The notes below the pieces were generated by a model. It had not been told where the DNA came from. It did no database searches and saw only the letters and a program-made list of their open reading frames with translations. The position numbers and the translations under genes were made by a program. A stretch of 63,671 nt of DNA, counting the filler, from Collodictyon triciliatum (Eukaryota), in NCBI GenBank assembly GCA_043381765.1. It is 12 parts of 12 records of this genome, joined end to end, with 100 filler letters (N's around TTAATTAATTAA, not from the genome) between each part and the next. Parts side by side here need not be neighbours in the genome. Positions count along the whole stretch, not along the records: positions 11,050 to 16,088 come from JBHJMP010005541.1; positions 16,189 to 21,227 come from JBHJMP010005542.1; positions 21,328 to 26,357 come from JBHJMP010005543.1; 9 more parts are not named here. One strand, given 5' to 3'. The stretch's first letter is position 1; the number at the start of each line of letters is the position of its first letter. Below are positions 11,222 through 26,266 of the stretch, in pieces.

Positions 11222-14200
11222 CTACCGACGTTTTTTTGGCTTCGTGTCATCGCTATCTACCTTCCCACCCTGCAAAGGCGGCGAGGAAGAGCCAATCTCC
11301 CTCTTCCGCAGCGACCGGCCTCCCGTCTCCGGAGGCGACTTGACTTCGGAATCAGACGATTCCAAGGGCGATGGATTGCGCCGCGTGCCGCGGGTTTTTG
11401 CGCGGGTTACAGGCCCGTTGAGAGCAGGACTTGTAAAGTCGACAGACGAGTTTGCAGCCTCCTTCGCTCGCGGAGTGTCTGAGGGAGACGAGAACGTAAG
11501 AGAGGACGATGAACACGAGGACGATGCCGACTGGGGCGCATTCGGCGATATTGGCTCGGTAAGGGGATATGAATTCGGAGTGGCTGGCTCGATGCGTGGC
11601 GGCGGCTGTGCTGGACTGCCGCCAATCGGCTTCTCCTGGGCGGGACTTGGCAGAGGATTTGGCAGCGGTTGGGGCGGCGGCTCGCTTGTTTCTGATGCCG
11701 ACATGACAAACTGGGACTGCATAATCCACGGGTCGTTGAAGCCGTTCTGGATCCGGTGAAAAAGCTCGGTGCGCTTTGTGTGGCCCAGCTTCGGCTTTTC
11801 GAGACACAGCCAGGGACTGGTCAGAAGCTCTGCGGCTGACGGTCTTGATTGCGGCTCCCTTATGGTGCACTTCTTGACCAAATCACTGGCTGTGCAGTGT
11901 TGATGATAAGAAATATGTTGCCAAAAACAATAATACCGTTCTTACTCGAATAAAAAAAATATATTAGTGCGGTCACACAATCTCCAACAATGATCTATTT
12001 CACACAAGGCTATTTTTTTTTCTTTTAATCCATTGCTATATGTAATGCTGCATTATACGATTATCATCGTCTATTCATATATTGTTTCACCTCATGACGG
12101 CTTATTTTCTTCTTTTTTTTTTTTTCATAAAAAAATAAAATAGAATAAATTATTCAGCAATACGCATATTCCATATAGACACAAATGGATGGAAATATTA
12201 ATGATGTATTCAAGGTAAAGAGAGGAGCAGAAATAGCCATATATGTTTGGTTCCGAGATAAAAAATGCGATATAATATTTCAGCTACTGAAATAATTCAA
12301 CCTTCGGGTGATGATTCGTCCCAACATTTCCCTTCTAGTAAAATCGTTGCGGCATGTTTCTGTTGAAGAGCATGTCCCATAAAATTTGCGATTTCTACTG
12401 GGCTATTCCCGCTGATTCTAAGAAGACGAGGTGTTGCAAATAAGATAAAAGACGCTTAATTTTTATTTTATTACTTATTTACTCAATGCTTATAGATACA
12501 TTTCTGGTATATACTAGTGCATTCACACACACAAAAATTTTTTTTTTATCAATAGAATAATATAAGTACAGAAAATGCAAAATGGCTCCATAGCTCCATA
12601 TGTCAGCACTATTTGTATAACTTGGAGAGAGCCCGTTTCCAATTTCAGGTGCTTTTAATTGTGGGATATATTGGCAATTTTTTTTTTTACTTGGATTTCA
12701 AGTTGAAATTATTTTTTTTTATTTTTTTTACAGTAATAAGACAATCACTGAATCACATAAAAAAATCAACATGCTGTGATTGATAGAGTTGGGGCTTGCC
12801 TTGAAATAGTGGAGTTCCAATTACGGTTTGGGGCTGGGTGCCTTGTCGACATATTTTTGCTGTGCCAAAGTCAGATATCTTGGGTATTATATAACCCTCA
12901 TCTGTTTGGGATATAAGAATATTTTCTGGCTACAATGGTAATATTCTCAAATTAAGTTGGATAAAAAGGAATATAGCACATTTATTTTATAGAGCATTAT
13001 TTTACCCTATACATCAAGATATGTATTAAGGCGAGCATGAATAAAATATACAAACTTTTAATGTATGAATAATAAGAGCAGGCGCCAGAATATTTAGGAA
13101 AGGAATGGTTCTATACTTTTAAGTCGCGATGGATGATATTCTTCTCGTGAAGATACACGATTCCTTGGACAACTTGCTTCAAAATTTGTTGTATTTCGTA
13201 TTCTGAAAGCCCAGCTTTTCTTTCGACGTGCCCAAGAAGGTCGCCTCCATTTACGCTATATTTAAAGCAAGTTTTTATTTTGTTTGTTTGTTTGTTTGTT
13301 TGTTTGTTTGTTTGTTTGTTTGTTTGTTTGTTTGTTTGTTTGTTTGTTTGTTTGTTTGTTTGTTTCTTTGTTTCTTTGTTTGTTTGCATATATATACTCC
13401 ACAACTTTGATCTGAAACGCACAAAACGGAGAAAGATAGTAAAATAACCCACTATTCCATTACTATGGACACATAGCTTTCATCCACAAATCCTGCATAT
13501 GCAGCCACAATATTGGGATGGCGTAGCGACTGCATTATATGCAGCTAGAAAAAATGATAACGTTACAATGATCGAAAGGTATAATGATTCCTCATGAAGG
13601 TGGCCCTTTCATGTACATATATGTCTTAAGAATTCCGAAATAATTTTAAACCTTATCTATGGGTATATTATTTCAATTTTTTTTCAAGACGAAAATACCT
13701 CGCGAAAAACCATTTCCTGATGTTTCAGCGCGAACATACTTTTTGCCTGTATCTTTGTTCTCTTTACAGCGTGCGTCTCCCCATTCGATTTACATTTCAT
13801 GGAGTATACTGTTCCGAAAGCACCGCTACTCATGGAATGGATAAAAAAAACATTGTTGAAGCAAAAGCGATAGCACTGAAATAAAGAATAGAAGAGAACA
13901 GAAGAGAACAGAAGAGAACAGAAGAGAACAGAAGAGAATAGAAGAGAATAGAAGAGAATAGAAGAGAATAGAAGAGAATAGAAGAGAATAGAAGAGAATA
14001 GAAGANNNNNNNNNNNNNNNNNNNNNNNNNNNNNNNNNNNNNNNNNAACAGANNNNAACAGAAGAGAACAGAAGAGAACAGAAGAGAACAGAAGAGAACA
14101 GAAGAGAACAGAAGAGAACAGAAGAGAACAGAAAAAGTATGAATGGAAAGCAAAATGAAACAAGTTTACAGGACATATTTTATACCTCCCAATTTCCTTT

Positions 14201-15724
14201 ATGATAGAATAGTAGTTTTCAATCGGCTCCTATGTTCATGTTCAAGAATATGAAAATAGTGTTGGCATCGATCCCAATTGCATGCGTATTTTCCCTCAGG
14301 TTAAAACAAGCAAATTATTATGCTATTAGAACTATCAACTTAACAAGGTATAAAGCTAACATTTTTTAAAAACAGTCCTAAGTGCTTGTCCATTACATCG
14401 TGTATTTCTTTCGCTCGTTTTTGATTTGCAGTCAATGATGAATGAACATTACTTCCTCCTGGTTCATGTTTAAATGGCGCTTTAAAAGGCTCATTTACAT
14501 TACTTGACGTCACTGTTAAATGAGTAAAATATAAGATGCTTTCAATCTGAATGAAAAATAAAAATTAGAAAAATCTTGTCTGCACATAAAAAGACAAAAA
14601 AAAAAGAAACTTTTATTACCTTCTTTCTTGAAGGACAGTAGTGTGAATTTAAGCATATAAAAGGCTAAGGATAAAAGAAAATAAGACGCCTATACTTTAT
14701 GAAATATGTTAAATGTATACTCTCTTATACCAAAGCAAATTCAATTGATAAAAAAAATGTATGGTGCGGTTCACTATACTTCCATATGTCTTTATATACA
14801 CGCTCAGTTTTGATAGTAAAGAAAATAAAACAAACGAGTATGGCTATTCTCGGATTGCATATGCTCCTCTTTGGTTGGATATAGAATAGTAATAATGTCT
14901 CCAGATTTCAATAAGTGTTGGGCCTTCACTGATACTTTGTTTACGAAGGTCGGGTTGGTTCTAGTATGTCGATGCAGAAAGACATTAATCATAGCTTGAA
15001 ATCATTCTCTTCGATTCCGTTGTTAGTTTCACTACAGGCAACACTTCAAATAGGATGGATGCGTCTCTTATTTTAAACTAAATAAAATTGAATGGTTTAA
15101 TGCAAACATGGACTTAATGGTCATTTCGGCTGTATCAATGGAATCCTTGACCCGATTTATAAAAAACTGAACTCTACCGATCATACTTCCCTCGGCAACC
15201 AAACTACAGCAATTCACGTCCCGGCCAAATCCAAATATCTTGGATCAAACCATTGATGCATGCCAAAGAGTTTATCATTATGAGAAAAAAAAAAGAGCGA
15301 GGTTAAAATAAAAAAAATCAACAAAACAAGTGTGAAAATCAGTGTAAGAAGGCCTGAAAAGATTTTCAGCGTTGCTCCAAAGGTTGAAACATGTGATGTC
15401 GTGTGCTCTTGAAAATATTATTTCTGGAAGTATTTTTGAAAGAAAGGAAGAAAGGAAGAAAGGAAGAAAAGGGAGAGAAAGAAAGAGAGAAAGAAAGAAA
15501 GAAAGAAAGATAAAAAGAAAGAAAGATAAAAAGAAAGAAAGATAAAAAGAAAGAAAGATAAAAAGAAAAGAAAAGAAAAGAATGTTTCCTCTACTGAAAG
15601 GAAGAATAAACAAATAATAAAAACATACTTCCTCTGTGACTTGATATTTGGTTTCTTTGGGACTCAGAAGCTCCACCTCGGCCCATGGTTCTTGCACAAA
15701 GCCCTGGTTGCTCGCTCGATCCAT
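11222..15724 (-). CDS. FHA-domain Ser/Thr kinase (Chk2/Rad53/Mek1/fhk-like), multi-exon
   Basis: FHA-like FGFGRD...TNPTFVN...LKSGDIITI. Kinase motifs EIG|SGAFGTVY, HAVK, HPNIV, IIHRDLK|PENIL, KISDFG, GTPLFQ|APE, ADIWSYG, RPSAAELLTSPW. Pro/Ser-rich tail ending in a PKKRR NLS-like motif. Confidence 0.92.
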
Positions 15725-16360
15725 AGCCTGCAGCCAAATATAGGAAGCTGACCCTCACCACTTTGAATCGAATAAAGGAAAAAAAAAAGCTGACCCTCAC
15801 CAGCATTAAGATAGAGAAGAAAAGAGAAGAAAAAAGAAAAAAGAAAAGAAAAAAGAAAAGAAAAAAGAAAAGAAAAGAAAGAAAGAAAGAAAGAAAGAAA
15901 AGAAGAAAAGAAAGAAGAAAAGAAAGAAAAGAAAGAAGAAAAGAAAGAAAAAAGAAAGAAAGAAAAAAAGAAAAAAAGAAAAAAAGAAAGAAAGAAAAAA
16001 AGAAAAAAAGAAAAAAAGAAAAAAAGAAAAAAAGAAAAAAAGAAAAAAAGAAAAAAAGAAAAAAAGAAAAAAAGAAAAAAAGAAAAAANNNNNNNNNNNN
16101 NNNNNNNNNNNNNNNNNNNNNNNNNNNNNNNNTTAATTAATTAANNNNNNNNNNNNNNNNNNNNNNNNNNNNNNNNNNNNNNNNNNNNTCTTTTTCTTTT
16201 TCTTTTTCTTTTTCTTTTTCTTTTTCTTTTTCTTTTTCTTTTTCTTTTTCTTCTTCTTTTTCTTTTTCTTTTTCTTTTTCTTTTTCTTTTTAAAAGAAAA
16301 AAGTAAAGTTCAAGTCAAACCTATATGATCGGCTGTGATGATTTTGTTTTATGACCATGG

Positions 16361-17984
16361 ATGAAGGACTCATCATTTGATGACCAGGAAGTCGAAGAGT
16401 TCGTCGAAAGGCACGAAAAGGGGACATCTATCGACTCAATCAAGAGTGATCTACCTATAGTCTACGAAACCCATGCGCAGTGGGTTCTGTTCTTTTGCCT
16501 TGATTTGTTTTTGTATCTTTTGTCTATGTTATGTTTTGGATTCTTGTGTTGCATTATTTCACGATCTCTATCACAAAAAAAAAAAAAAAAGGGGGGGGGG
16601 CTTACCATATGCTGTTATGCTCTGATTGGTTGATTTTTTATGACAAACCTTAACTCGTCGATGTATGCGTGAGTCTAATTTAGTTCGTGGATTGAAACAT
16701 TTTTAATCTCGATATTTATGTTCATAGACTCAAAGCCCAGTATCGTTCGGCCTGTTTTTTATCGAAAAAGAATTATCAGGCTGAATTGAAAAGAAGGAAA
16801 GAGTACGTTCATTTTAGAAATTCTTTATTTCTTCAACATCCCTCTTTTTTTAAGGTATTTATATTTATTTATTTTTTCGTAATCGAATGTAAAGATCTAC
16901 CTTTCAAGCTGATGGCATCGATATTAGAAAGCGGCAACAACTCCGGTTTGACTTAAAATAGAAACGATGCTACCCTATCAAACATGCTTTTTCTCTCATC
17001 TACAATCATCCTTCCTTTAGTTTATGTATGTAATTTTTATTGAATGATTTCATTTGCAAAATCTATTTTCTTTTTCTCTCTTCTTCCTCTTTAGGTCCGA
17101 ACAGGGTCAAATTGACGCAGCTTCAGATATCATAGAGAGTTTACAAAGGTCGAGAAGGGTTTGATTTTGCTTTGATTCTTTTTTGATGTTATTTTGGTTT
17201 TGACTAAGAGACTGTAAAATATTATTAGCATTATTATTATTAGTATTAGTATTTCGATCTCCATCAAACTCTATCCCGTTTTCTTCACATTGATGAGAAA
17301 AATAATCCTTGAATCATAGAGCATAGAGAATAATATTTCTCTCTCTCGGGATACAATGTCGACTTTATGTATGAATATCAATCTGCAGTGAACCATTTCG
17401 GCTATTTAAAATCGATGATATGTCACAGCTTTTATTTCTTGCATGAAACTCCGTACGTATATATGGAAGGCACAAAGCTGCAATGGCTAATTATATATAA
17501 TCTTTTTCGTTTCTCTCCAGCGGCCTCGTCAGAAATATTGGGGCACAATCTTACAGAAAATCGGGACATCGATGTCAACATCAAGGGAGCGAAGTGTTTG
17601 TCGATTATTATTTTTTAAGAGAAATGAATAGAAGCTGAAACCATCTGAGAAATATTCATATCCTCTTGCTCAAATGCTATATTGTTTCTTTAGTCATTTG
17701 CCAGACTATAACATCATTATTAGATTTACAGAACAAATCTCAAATATAAAGAATTAGCGAGCCCATTCGTCTAGTTTCCTAGTGGAATTAACTTGCACAT
17801 CTACACGCATTCAATAGCAAGACTATCACATTTGCAAAGGAGGGATGTTGCAGACCGAATTATGGTGTTTTTTGCAGCCTTGTTCTTTTTTCTAGTTGTG
17901 CTCTACATAATCAATCGGAGAGTCGGGTTTCTTTCCCTCGTCTCGTGGGTGTGGTCCGTACTGTCGTATCTCTATCCCTTTTAG
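16361..17984 (+). CDS. SEC20: Sec20/BNIP1-like ER SNARE, multi-exon, probably 5'-truncated
   Basis: AASDIIESLQR, SSEILG and a C-terminal LQRRDVADRIMVFFAALFFFLVVLYIINRRV tail anchor typical of Sec20. Confidence 0.75.
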
Positions 17985-18608
17985 ACATTAAATCGACTCA
18001 ATTATGTTCTCTCCTTGTCTTTTTTACTCCTTGTCTCCTTGTCTCTCCCTCTATCTTTGAGCGAGTATGAGAAAGGCATTAGGCGTATGACATTTCATCT
18101 TACCGATTTGCAAGAAAAAGAAGAGGAGGGTGGCAATATTTTTAATATATGGTAAGTATGAAGCGAGCTTTGGTGCCAAATTCTATGTTCTGCTCAGTAT
18201 CGCCTTTTGGTAATCTGTCTATTCTGCGATTATTGTGCTGCTTCTTCGTTTCATTGTTTCTTTTTTCTTTTTTCTTTTTTCTTTTTTCTTTTTTGAAGTT
18301 TCAAAGATTCATTCTGCCAAGATGTATTATTTATGTATGAAATTAAGTTTTCCATGTAAAAAGGAAAAATTCTTCACATATCGGTGACACGCGTATAATC
18401 AATATAACGTTAGGTGTTTTGAAAAAGTATTTCCTTAATGTGATTTATTAATATCATTATTTTCTTTTGAGCTCAGACGCATTTTGTGAAGACGGAAAAC
18501 AATCGTTTCAAGGATTTTGGAAACGTGGTAAAATACTGTCTTAGTTGAGATTAAAAAGAGTATAAAAGAAAAAAAAGAAATCTTAAGAGAAATTTAGAGC
18601 GCCGTTGA

Positions 18609-20501
18609 TCATCTTAATAAAGGGCGAGTGGAACCAAAAACCAAAACTGTACTATTTCTTCTTCTTGACTTGAGGCAGTTTCTTCGCCTCGCTATTCGAG
18701 CCCAAACCTTGGATCTGGCATTGTCGAGTATTTTAGTATTGGAATTTCATATTACATATATCTTGACGGAAAGTATCTCTTTTGATTTTCCGAACAAGAT
18801 GCCGAATGAATCAGATACCTCTTGCTTCATAAAATTAACCAGGCTCGTTCGACCCTCCACATTAGCGATGTCCAACGCAGTCTTGTCATTCCTGTATTGA
18901 TGATAAAAAAAAAATTGATGCGTTTTTCTGCAGACGGGTTCAAAATAGAAAAATGAGAAAAAAAATGCAGCGATAATCTTCCTACTCAAAAAACCAACGA
19001 AAAGTAATTATTGTTGATATTATACTTGTTTTTCAAATCGTATAAGTCTGGCCGGCAGCGAAGCAGAAGTGATATGATATCTTCGTTTCCACCACGGACT
19101 GCTAAATGCAAAACGTTCTCTTTATCATAATTTGTAGCAGCCAAATCTACTCCTATCTCAATCAACTTTTGAAGTAGAAGAATACAACCGCGCCTGGCTA
19201 ATAAGGTTAAGTAGATTTTGGTTGAGCTCCCAAAAAATTGTGCACAAAATGACTATGATTATGACTATGACTGTGACTGTGACTGCTTCTGTACATACGA
19301 TATGAAAAATATGAGTACCAAATATATGTATCAAGTAGTCCCCCTGATTGTTGCGAAAAGAGGCATATTCGTTTGATTTTGATAATTCGCTTGGAATTCG
19401 CGAGCCGACAAACTCAACTGATTTCTGGCAGCCATTTTCAACAATAAGTACCAACGGCGTAGCTTTCGATTTATCAATAACGTTCCAATCAGCACCATGT
19501 TCAAGCAAGAGAAGGCAGATTGTATCATGTCTGTATCTCGCGGCCTTTGATTTGTAAATATTTCATTATGAAGGACAAAGTAGTAAACAGTATACTAGAG
19601 TTATCATTTAAAAATTGGATATTTAAAAGAGATGAGATGGTCATGAGAGATTCGATAAGGAAATTAGGCATAAGTGACTGTTTCACTGGCACAGAAGTAT
19701 ATATAGAATGAATGTTCGATTATGTACCAAGTGCAAAGGAGTTCGCCCATCTACTGTCTGTGCATTACTATTTGAATTATTATCTAGAAGCATCTTGGCA
19801 CACGATATATGGCCATGAGTCTGAAGTAATTTAAAGGTATGGATTACTCAACAGCGGTTAGAGATTTCGTTTCAAACAAACTCTGGTCTAAATATTTAAT
19901 CTTTCCATATTTTTGGATATTCACACACATCCGGTCATATATTTATACTACTATATTGCAAACGACTATCAAGTTATTTTATCTTTAAAATAACCATAAA
20001 TTTTATCGTACCGAGGCCCAATGAAGCGCTGTCATGCCATCAACTGAGGACGAATCCACAGGACATTTGGCACGAATTAGAATAGCTGCGCATTCATCAG
20101 AACCATTCATGCAGGCATAGTGCAAAGCTGTCCATCCACGCTCATTTGTTAGACAAGCATTTGCCCCAACCTTAACCAGGAATTCGACCACAGAGGAACG
20201 GTTTCGCGCTGTCGCATACATCAGAGGTGTATTTCCATTGAAGTCTTTTGAATTCACATCAATGCCACTCTGCGATATTAGTTCCACATCCTCCAAGTCA
20301 AAGTGTTCGGCTGCGTGGTGAATGGGAAGACGACCGCGGGACAGCGAGATGGATTGAATCCGGCCGAGTAACTACATTAGAGTTTATTGAGGATTGAGCT
20401 AGAGGTATAATTTGAAGCGACTGAAGTAAGCACTGCTGTTTGGTTTTGCTTACCCCAGGAAAGAATATGGAAATTGGCTTTGGTTCGAGGATCACTTTCA
20501 T
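18609..20501 (-). CDS. Ankyrin repeat protein, multi-exon; ends approximate (an exon-like ORF at 20599-20784 may belong to it)
   Basis: GRLPIHHAA, GNTPLMYA, GWTALHYA, GMTALHWA, GRTPLHL, NVLHLAV, KTALDIA. Confidence 0.88.
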
Positions 20502-21327
20502 TATATCAGAGGGAATTATGTGTAATCCGGCACAACATTCCCTGTCAGAAATAATGAAGGTAGGTTGAAAGGTTAATAGAAAGAGAAAACCCCCTAACCT
20601 GAATGAAGTGTGCATCTCTCTTATCCAGTCGGAATGATTTCATGTCTCTCAGCGCACTCGGAAAAGTCATTGCCCTGTCTACAAAAGGGGATGGGGAACC
20701 AATGTTCTGCAGCGTGCCGGCTAAATTCTCATTTATGCGCGCATCCTTTTCAAGCGGTCGTAGTTTAACCATTTCTTTTAACATTATAGAATTAGAAATT
20801 AGATAATATAGAAAAAACTTGGATGTTTGGGGATTTATCTATTTCTCATTTTAATTTCATGATTGCTTGGCTCTTACGCTTCCCGAGCTTATTGGTGAAA
20901 AATGGACAATAAATCGTTATTTGGAGTATCATATAGAATATCCTTTAATATGTACACAGAAGAAGAAAATATATATTGATAGTTCAGACCGGGGGGGAAA
21001 CTATATGATTTTTGGATATAAATTCATTTATCACATATGTATGACCCAGCATGAGCCCATAATTTTATCATTGATTTCGCTATTATATAGGTTGATTTGT
21101 TTTTTGTTTTTTTTTGTTTTTTTGTTTTTTTGTTTTTTTGTTTTTTTGTTTTTTTGTTTTTTGTTTTTGTTTTTTGTTTTTTGTTTTTTGTTTTTTGTTT
21201 TTTGTTTTTTGTTTTTTTTTTTTTTTTNNNNNNNNNNNNNNNNNNNNNNNNNNNNNNNNNNNNNNNNNNNNTTAATTAATTAANNNNNNNNNNNNNNNNN
21301 NNNNNNNNNNNNNNNNNNNNNNNNNNN

Positions 21328-21485
21328 ACGCTTGTTGGCGCGCGTTCAAGCGTCCGCGTCTTGGACCGCAGATCAGACCCGCTCCCGCCGATCCACACGT
21401 ACTCCGCAAGCACTCGCTCGTCTCCGAGGGCTGCGCTCGCTGCGTGCAGCTCCAGGTATCGGGCCAGAAGGGGCTTGTCCGTCAT
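21328..21485 (-). CDS. GLN1: Glutamine synthetase type II, N-terminal fragment (cut by the contig end)
   Basis: VLAEYVWIGGSGSDLRSKTRTL is the GSII N-terminal signature. Confidence 0.92.
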
Positions 21486-22472
21486 CTCTTGCTTTCGTTT
21501 GCTTGGTGGGTGGTGGTTCCTGTGGGTGAGGAGAAGGGAGAAGAGGGCGATGAGGGCAGTGAGGTCAACATATGTAGCTGTCTGGTGCTGACTGATTCGT
21601 TTTTGTTTCTGGGTTGTTTGGATGCCTCGTTCCATAATGGAATTCCGCCTCGTCGACTGGCCGTGATCTGATTGACATTTGATCTTGACACATGGACGAA
21701 TCGTCGCGGTCTACAGCGGCCCATATATATAGGCAACGCCCACTCAATAGCGGTAGCCCCCAACCCCTCCCCATATATGTATGTGACCACACGGAACTCG
21801 TTCCGCTCCCAGAATTTATGCTTCTATCCTGCTAATATCTATGTACCGTCGATTCGCCTGCCCTGTGGTGTATTTGGGAATTGGGAAGAACCCGAATGTC
21901 TGTGGTCTTTTCTTTTTATGCATAAGAGCCGGTAGATCAGGCTGGAGCCGTTCCCACAAACTTGCTCATCCACGCTGTTGCGCGCATCTGGTGTCTGGCC
22001 AGCCATCCAAAAGCAAAATCAAATAAAAAAAAAACAACAACCCAATGGCAATAACCATGTTAATCAAAATCATAACAATCGTAATGGATACTAAACAGTA
22101 AGTATACATTAATCTCACATTGAATTAACAACCGCACTTTAGATGCCAAACACTTCATTTTGCTGTAGACTAGAAGCAGATGTACATCGATACACGCAGG
22201 TGATGAGGTATGCAGCAAGGAAAATGAATCTGAGAGTCAAATAACAGCCCTTTTCTTTCGTTTTTTTTTTATCTCTTTCTGGATGCTCTGGTAGATCTTA
22301 TTATATAATTGGATATGAACAACTTTTCTTTCCCTACATTAGATGGTGCGCTCTTGTCCAAATAGGAGCAGGAGGTGAAAGAAAGAAAAAAAAAGCCCAG
22401 CGAGAAAGTGAGACAGGATGAAGGCTAAGAAAGAGACAGAGGGGGAAAAAAATATTGAAAAGGAAAATTGTA

Positions 22473-24361
22473 TCATTTTGATTGGAGCCATGAACGAAGG
22501 CTATTCGTTGTGGCATCAGAAAGCTTCGTCATGTTGGAGATTTCATACAATATCATCTGGTATGACAGCCAAACAACAACCGCATCGTCCTCGTTCTTTG
22601 AAAGGCTATCCAATCTCTAAATCATTGAGTAGCATCAATACACATGCTTTATTATTGTGCTCATTCAAAAGGTATCTTGGAAATGCGCATAAAAAAATTA
22701 ATTACAATCAATAAATCGAAAATAATCTTTTCTTCCATTTTTTGCTTCTCTTGTGTGTCATAATTTTTATGTTTTTGATAAAGAGACACTTTTCTTTTTC
22801 TATTTCTTTTTGAAATTTTCATCAAACAAAAAAAAAAATTGCTCGCAAATTACCAATTCGAGAAATTATTTATTCCTTTTTTATAAACACATTTGTTTAT
22901 CTTTTTGGTAATTTTTTTCCTTTTTGTTACCTTTCGAAATAATGACATTCTTTCCTTCAGTCCGTTCACACGCTCTCGGTCAGAGTTCTGCAAAGCTGCG
23001 ACAAACTTGACTTCCGTGTTTGCTCGCTCAGTGGCCCAAAGTTTCGATATATACGCAGACACCACGTGTGACTATAAATCAAATAGAGTATTCTTTCATT
23101 AATCCAATAAATATCAAAAAGATAAAGCGCCCTCATGTTCATAACCTTTATTTTTATTTATTTTATTTTCTAGATAAATATATATCCTCCCTGTCTGATA
23201 CTTGCGCATGACTTACATAATCTTTTTCTGGAATGGATTCAATCATCTTTGTCATTTCAGTATGATTTGGAGCTCTGATGAAAAATGAATGGGACTTTGC
23301 TGTGAACAGAAACTCGTTCAAATCAAAGTCATCGCCGTCTCCTTGCTCCACGACCTCCCGAAACATCGAGAGAACCTAAAAGGCATTATTTCATTTATTT
23401 ATTTATTTATAAAATCCGTAAATTCAATTTCCAATCAGGTAACATACCTCATTTTTTGTCTTCATGGTATCAAAACTAGATATCATTGTTCGAAACTCAT
23501 CCCATGATAGCTTCCCATTGCAGTTGACATCTCCTGCTATAAATAATTTTCGAACAAGCTCTTCATTAAACCCCAACGACCGCTCTCGAAGCCGAACAAC
23601 AATCGAGAGAACTTCGTCCAACTTTATCACCTCGGTTTCTAATCTGTAAACACAAATGATAAAACGTATCAACGAGCCATTTCTTGTACGACAGGAATGA
23701 AACACATATTATTAACCACGTACGCTTCCGATATTCGGCTGCTGGTTTTCAGTTCTCCAAAACATGCGTTCAGTAAATGGTCAGGTATTTCCACACAGAG
23801 CATCTCATTACAAAACTGTAAAACAGCACTAACTAGCAGTTATGAAAATAAGTTCATTTGCAAAGTGACAGATAAAACCAAACACCAGTCACTCAGAGAT
23901 AGCCACTGAATCAGAGAATGAGAGAATCAGAGAATGAGAGAGAACATATCATTTATACAAGCAAGCTATTTCATACACTCACGTGAAACAAAGGGGGTGA
24001 CGCGATCTGCATCCATAAAGATAAAGTCTGTCGATCTTTTGTTGAAATACGCTAAAGTATAGCTGTGCAATATCAAGGTTTAATCTTTTTTTCCAAAAAA
24101 GTAATAATAATGCCCGACAGGAGATGTAAGAGATACATAATGTAATATTTAGATTTCCGCTTTAGTTGCTAGTTTTTTTTCTTCGTATTTTGTACTAGAA
24201 GCATATTTTTAAGGATACAAGTACAGCTCTATACTCGACGGAGAGGGTAAACCAGAGCTTACACCAAGCAAAGTTCCAAAGAAAGCAACTCTGGGCGACG
24301 AATGTCGATGGTAGCTTGCCGATGCCAGAAGGTCGGTCATATCCTTTTTTTTTTTTTTTTG

Positions 24362-24406
<45 letters not shown>

Positions 24407-26174
24407 GTCTGTAGCTGAAAAAAATGGTTCACTCTCGTGATAAAATAGAGACTAAAAAGAGACTGCAACCGATTACAATACTTAAACAAAATAAAAAAGG
24501 AAAGGAGGGGAAGAACGATACAGTCCATACCTTTTCAGCAACAGATTTTTTACTACTCTTTTGTAAAAATGTCTCAAAAGTAAAATCGAACATGGACACG
24601 GTGTAGCCAGGTTTTGCAATCCATGACTTCTCACAGAGCAAATCGAATCCATCTGTAAATGGATCATATAATGTAAAAGTAATATTTATAAAAAATTAAA
24701 AAAAGCTACATGCTTGTAATTTTTGCTCATGTACTAATTTAAACATATAAATTTATTGTAAATAATTGCCTATTTTAATCTTCTCTTGATACAGTTCATT
24801 CACCAAGCGAAGAATCCAGTAAAGCGATTTGAGCTTTTCTGTTAACTGAACCCCTATTCGATTGTTAACGTACGCAAAGGGATTACATCATAGTATAAAA
24901 AATATACAAAAGAAGGTATGGGAATAGAACCATCATAACGAAAGCAATGGAAAGGAACCTCTCGAGTTTGATATCAGGGAATCTGCAAGAGGGTGGCTTT
25001 GGATGTGCATTTTGTGAGATGCTGCTCTTTTCTACTCAGATGATATTACCACTTTTATGAACGTATTTCAAACAATCTTGTTTTCTTTCCATATTGTTTT
25101 CATGTGTGTTACAGCTATTTTTGTTTACATTTAAATCATGGCGACCAATTGTCAAACCTTTGCATGATTGCGATTTCCTGTCGCATTTGGTTTCAATTTC
25201 CCAGCCAAGGACATGTGTGCTGCACTTCCATGGTGCGTATTTGACCTTGTTGATGAAACGGACGTCGGGGTATTTGGGGAGTTTTCGTGTTGGTGCATTA
25301 TTGCTGCGGTGATATTCACGGGAGTAAGGGTCGTTTTGTCTGTCTGACAGGATACAGTATTTTTCCTGTTGATAGCATAATAGTCATTTTTATTCAAAAT
25401 ATTTGGTATGCACGTAAAATTTTAGCAGTGTAAATTTTCTATCAAGAATACCCGTAATGTGCTATATCTATGGTATCCGTGGCCTTGTTATTGCCCATCA
25501 ATAATTCTGCTGTATTATATATTTTAAATGGAAGGTCAAAAGATGAAAACCACACTGAACTAAACACTAAATTCAAAAAAAATATTTAGTTTTACCTTCA
25601 TCAAACAATATTCCAGATTGTGAAAACTTTCCCTTCAATCTGAATTAATAAATTAGATCAATTTTAATGCCGTACATATTTAACATAAAATAAAATAATA
25701 ATTAAAATAATTTAGTTTGGTATAATCGCAATTTGTAGGAATATACGCTGATGTGTCTCTGGATAACAACTGTTTGGCCGGATCTCTCTAATAAAGATAA
25801 CAATTAAGCCCATATATCTTGCTGCTAAGAAGTAAATGCACTAAAAGGATATTACTTTGGGAAACACATCCATCATTAAGTTGGCGGAGGATATCCCTAT
25901 TTTGCTTGAGGACATAGGATTGGATTGCACAGATATATTCGACATATCTACTGATGCTTGCACTTCAGACTCTGATTAACCACCATTAATATTTAGTTAT
26001 CTCCCTTTTTTTTCTTCGAATTTCCCGAATAAAATTGAGATTTTGATTGATTCTAAAAATAAATTCATGGTTGGTAAGAAATATTATTCAGATGTCAATA
26101 GCTTGAAGCTAATAGATATTACCTGTGAACCGTGCAACATTGTCCATTTTAGTGTCCGTCATGGCATCCTTCAT
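22473..26174 (-). CDS. Multi-exon EF-hand protein of unknown function
   Basis: LFIAGDVNCNGKLSWDEFRTMI (EF loop) and a degenerate second hand (GDGDDFDLNEF). A consistent GT-AG exon chain runs from MKDAMTDTK to ...SWLQSK*. Confidence 0.7.
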
Positions 26175-26224
26175 ATTTGATTTTCCTTTCAACAGTTCGG
26201 TTTCATCATCGGCATTCTAAGTTT

Positions 26225-26266
<42 letters not shown>

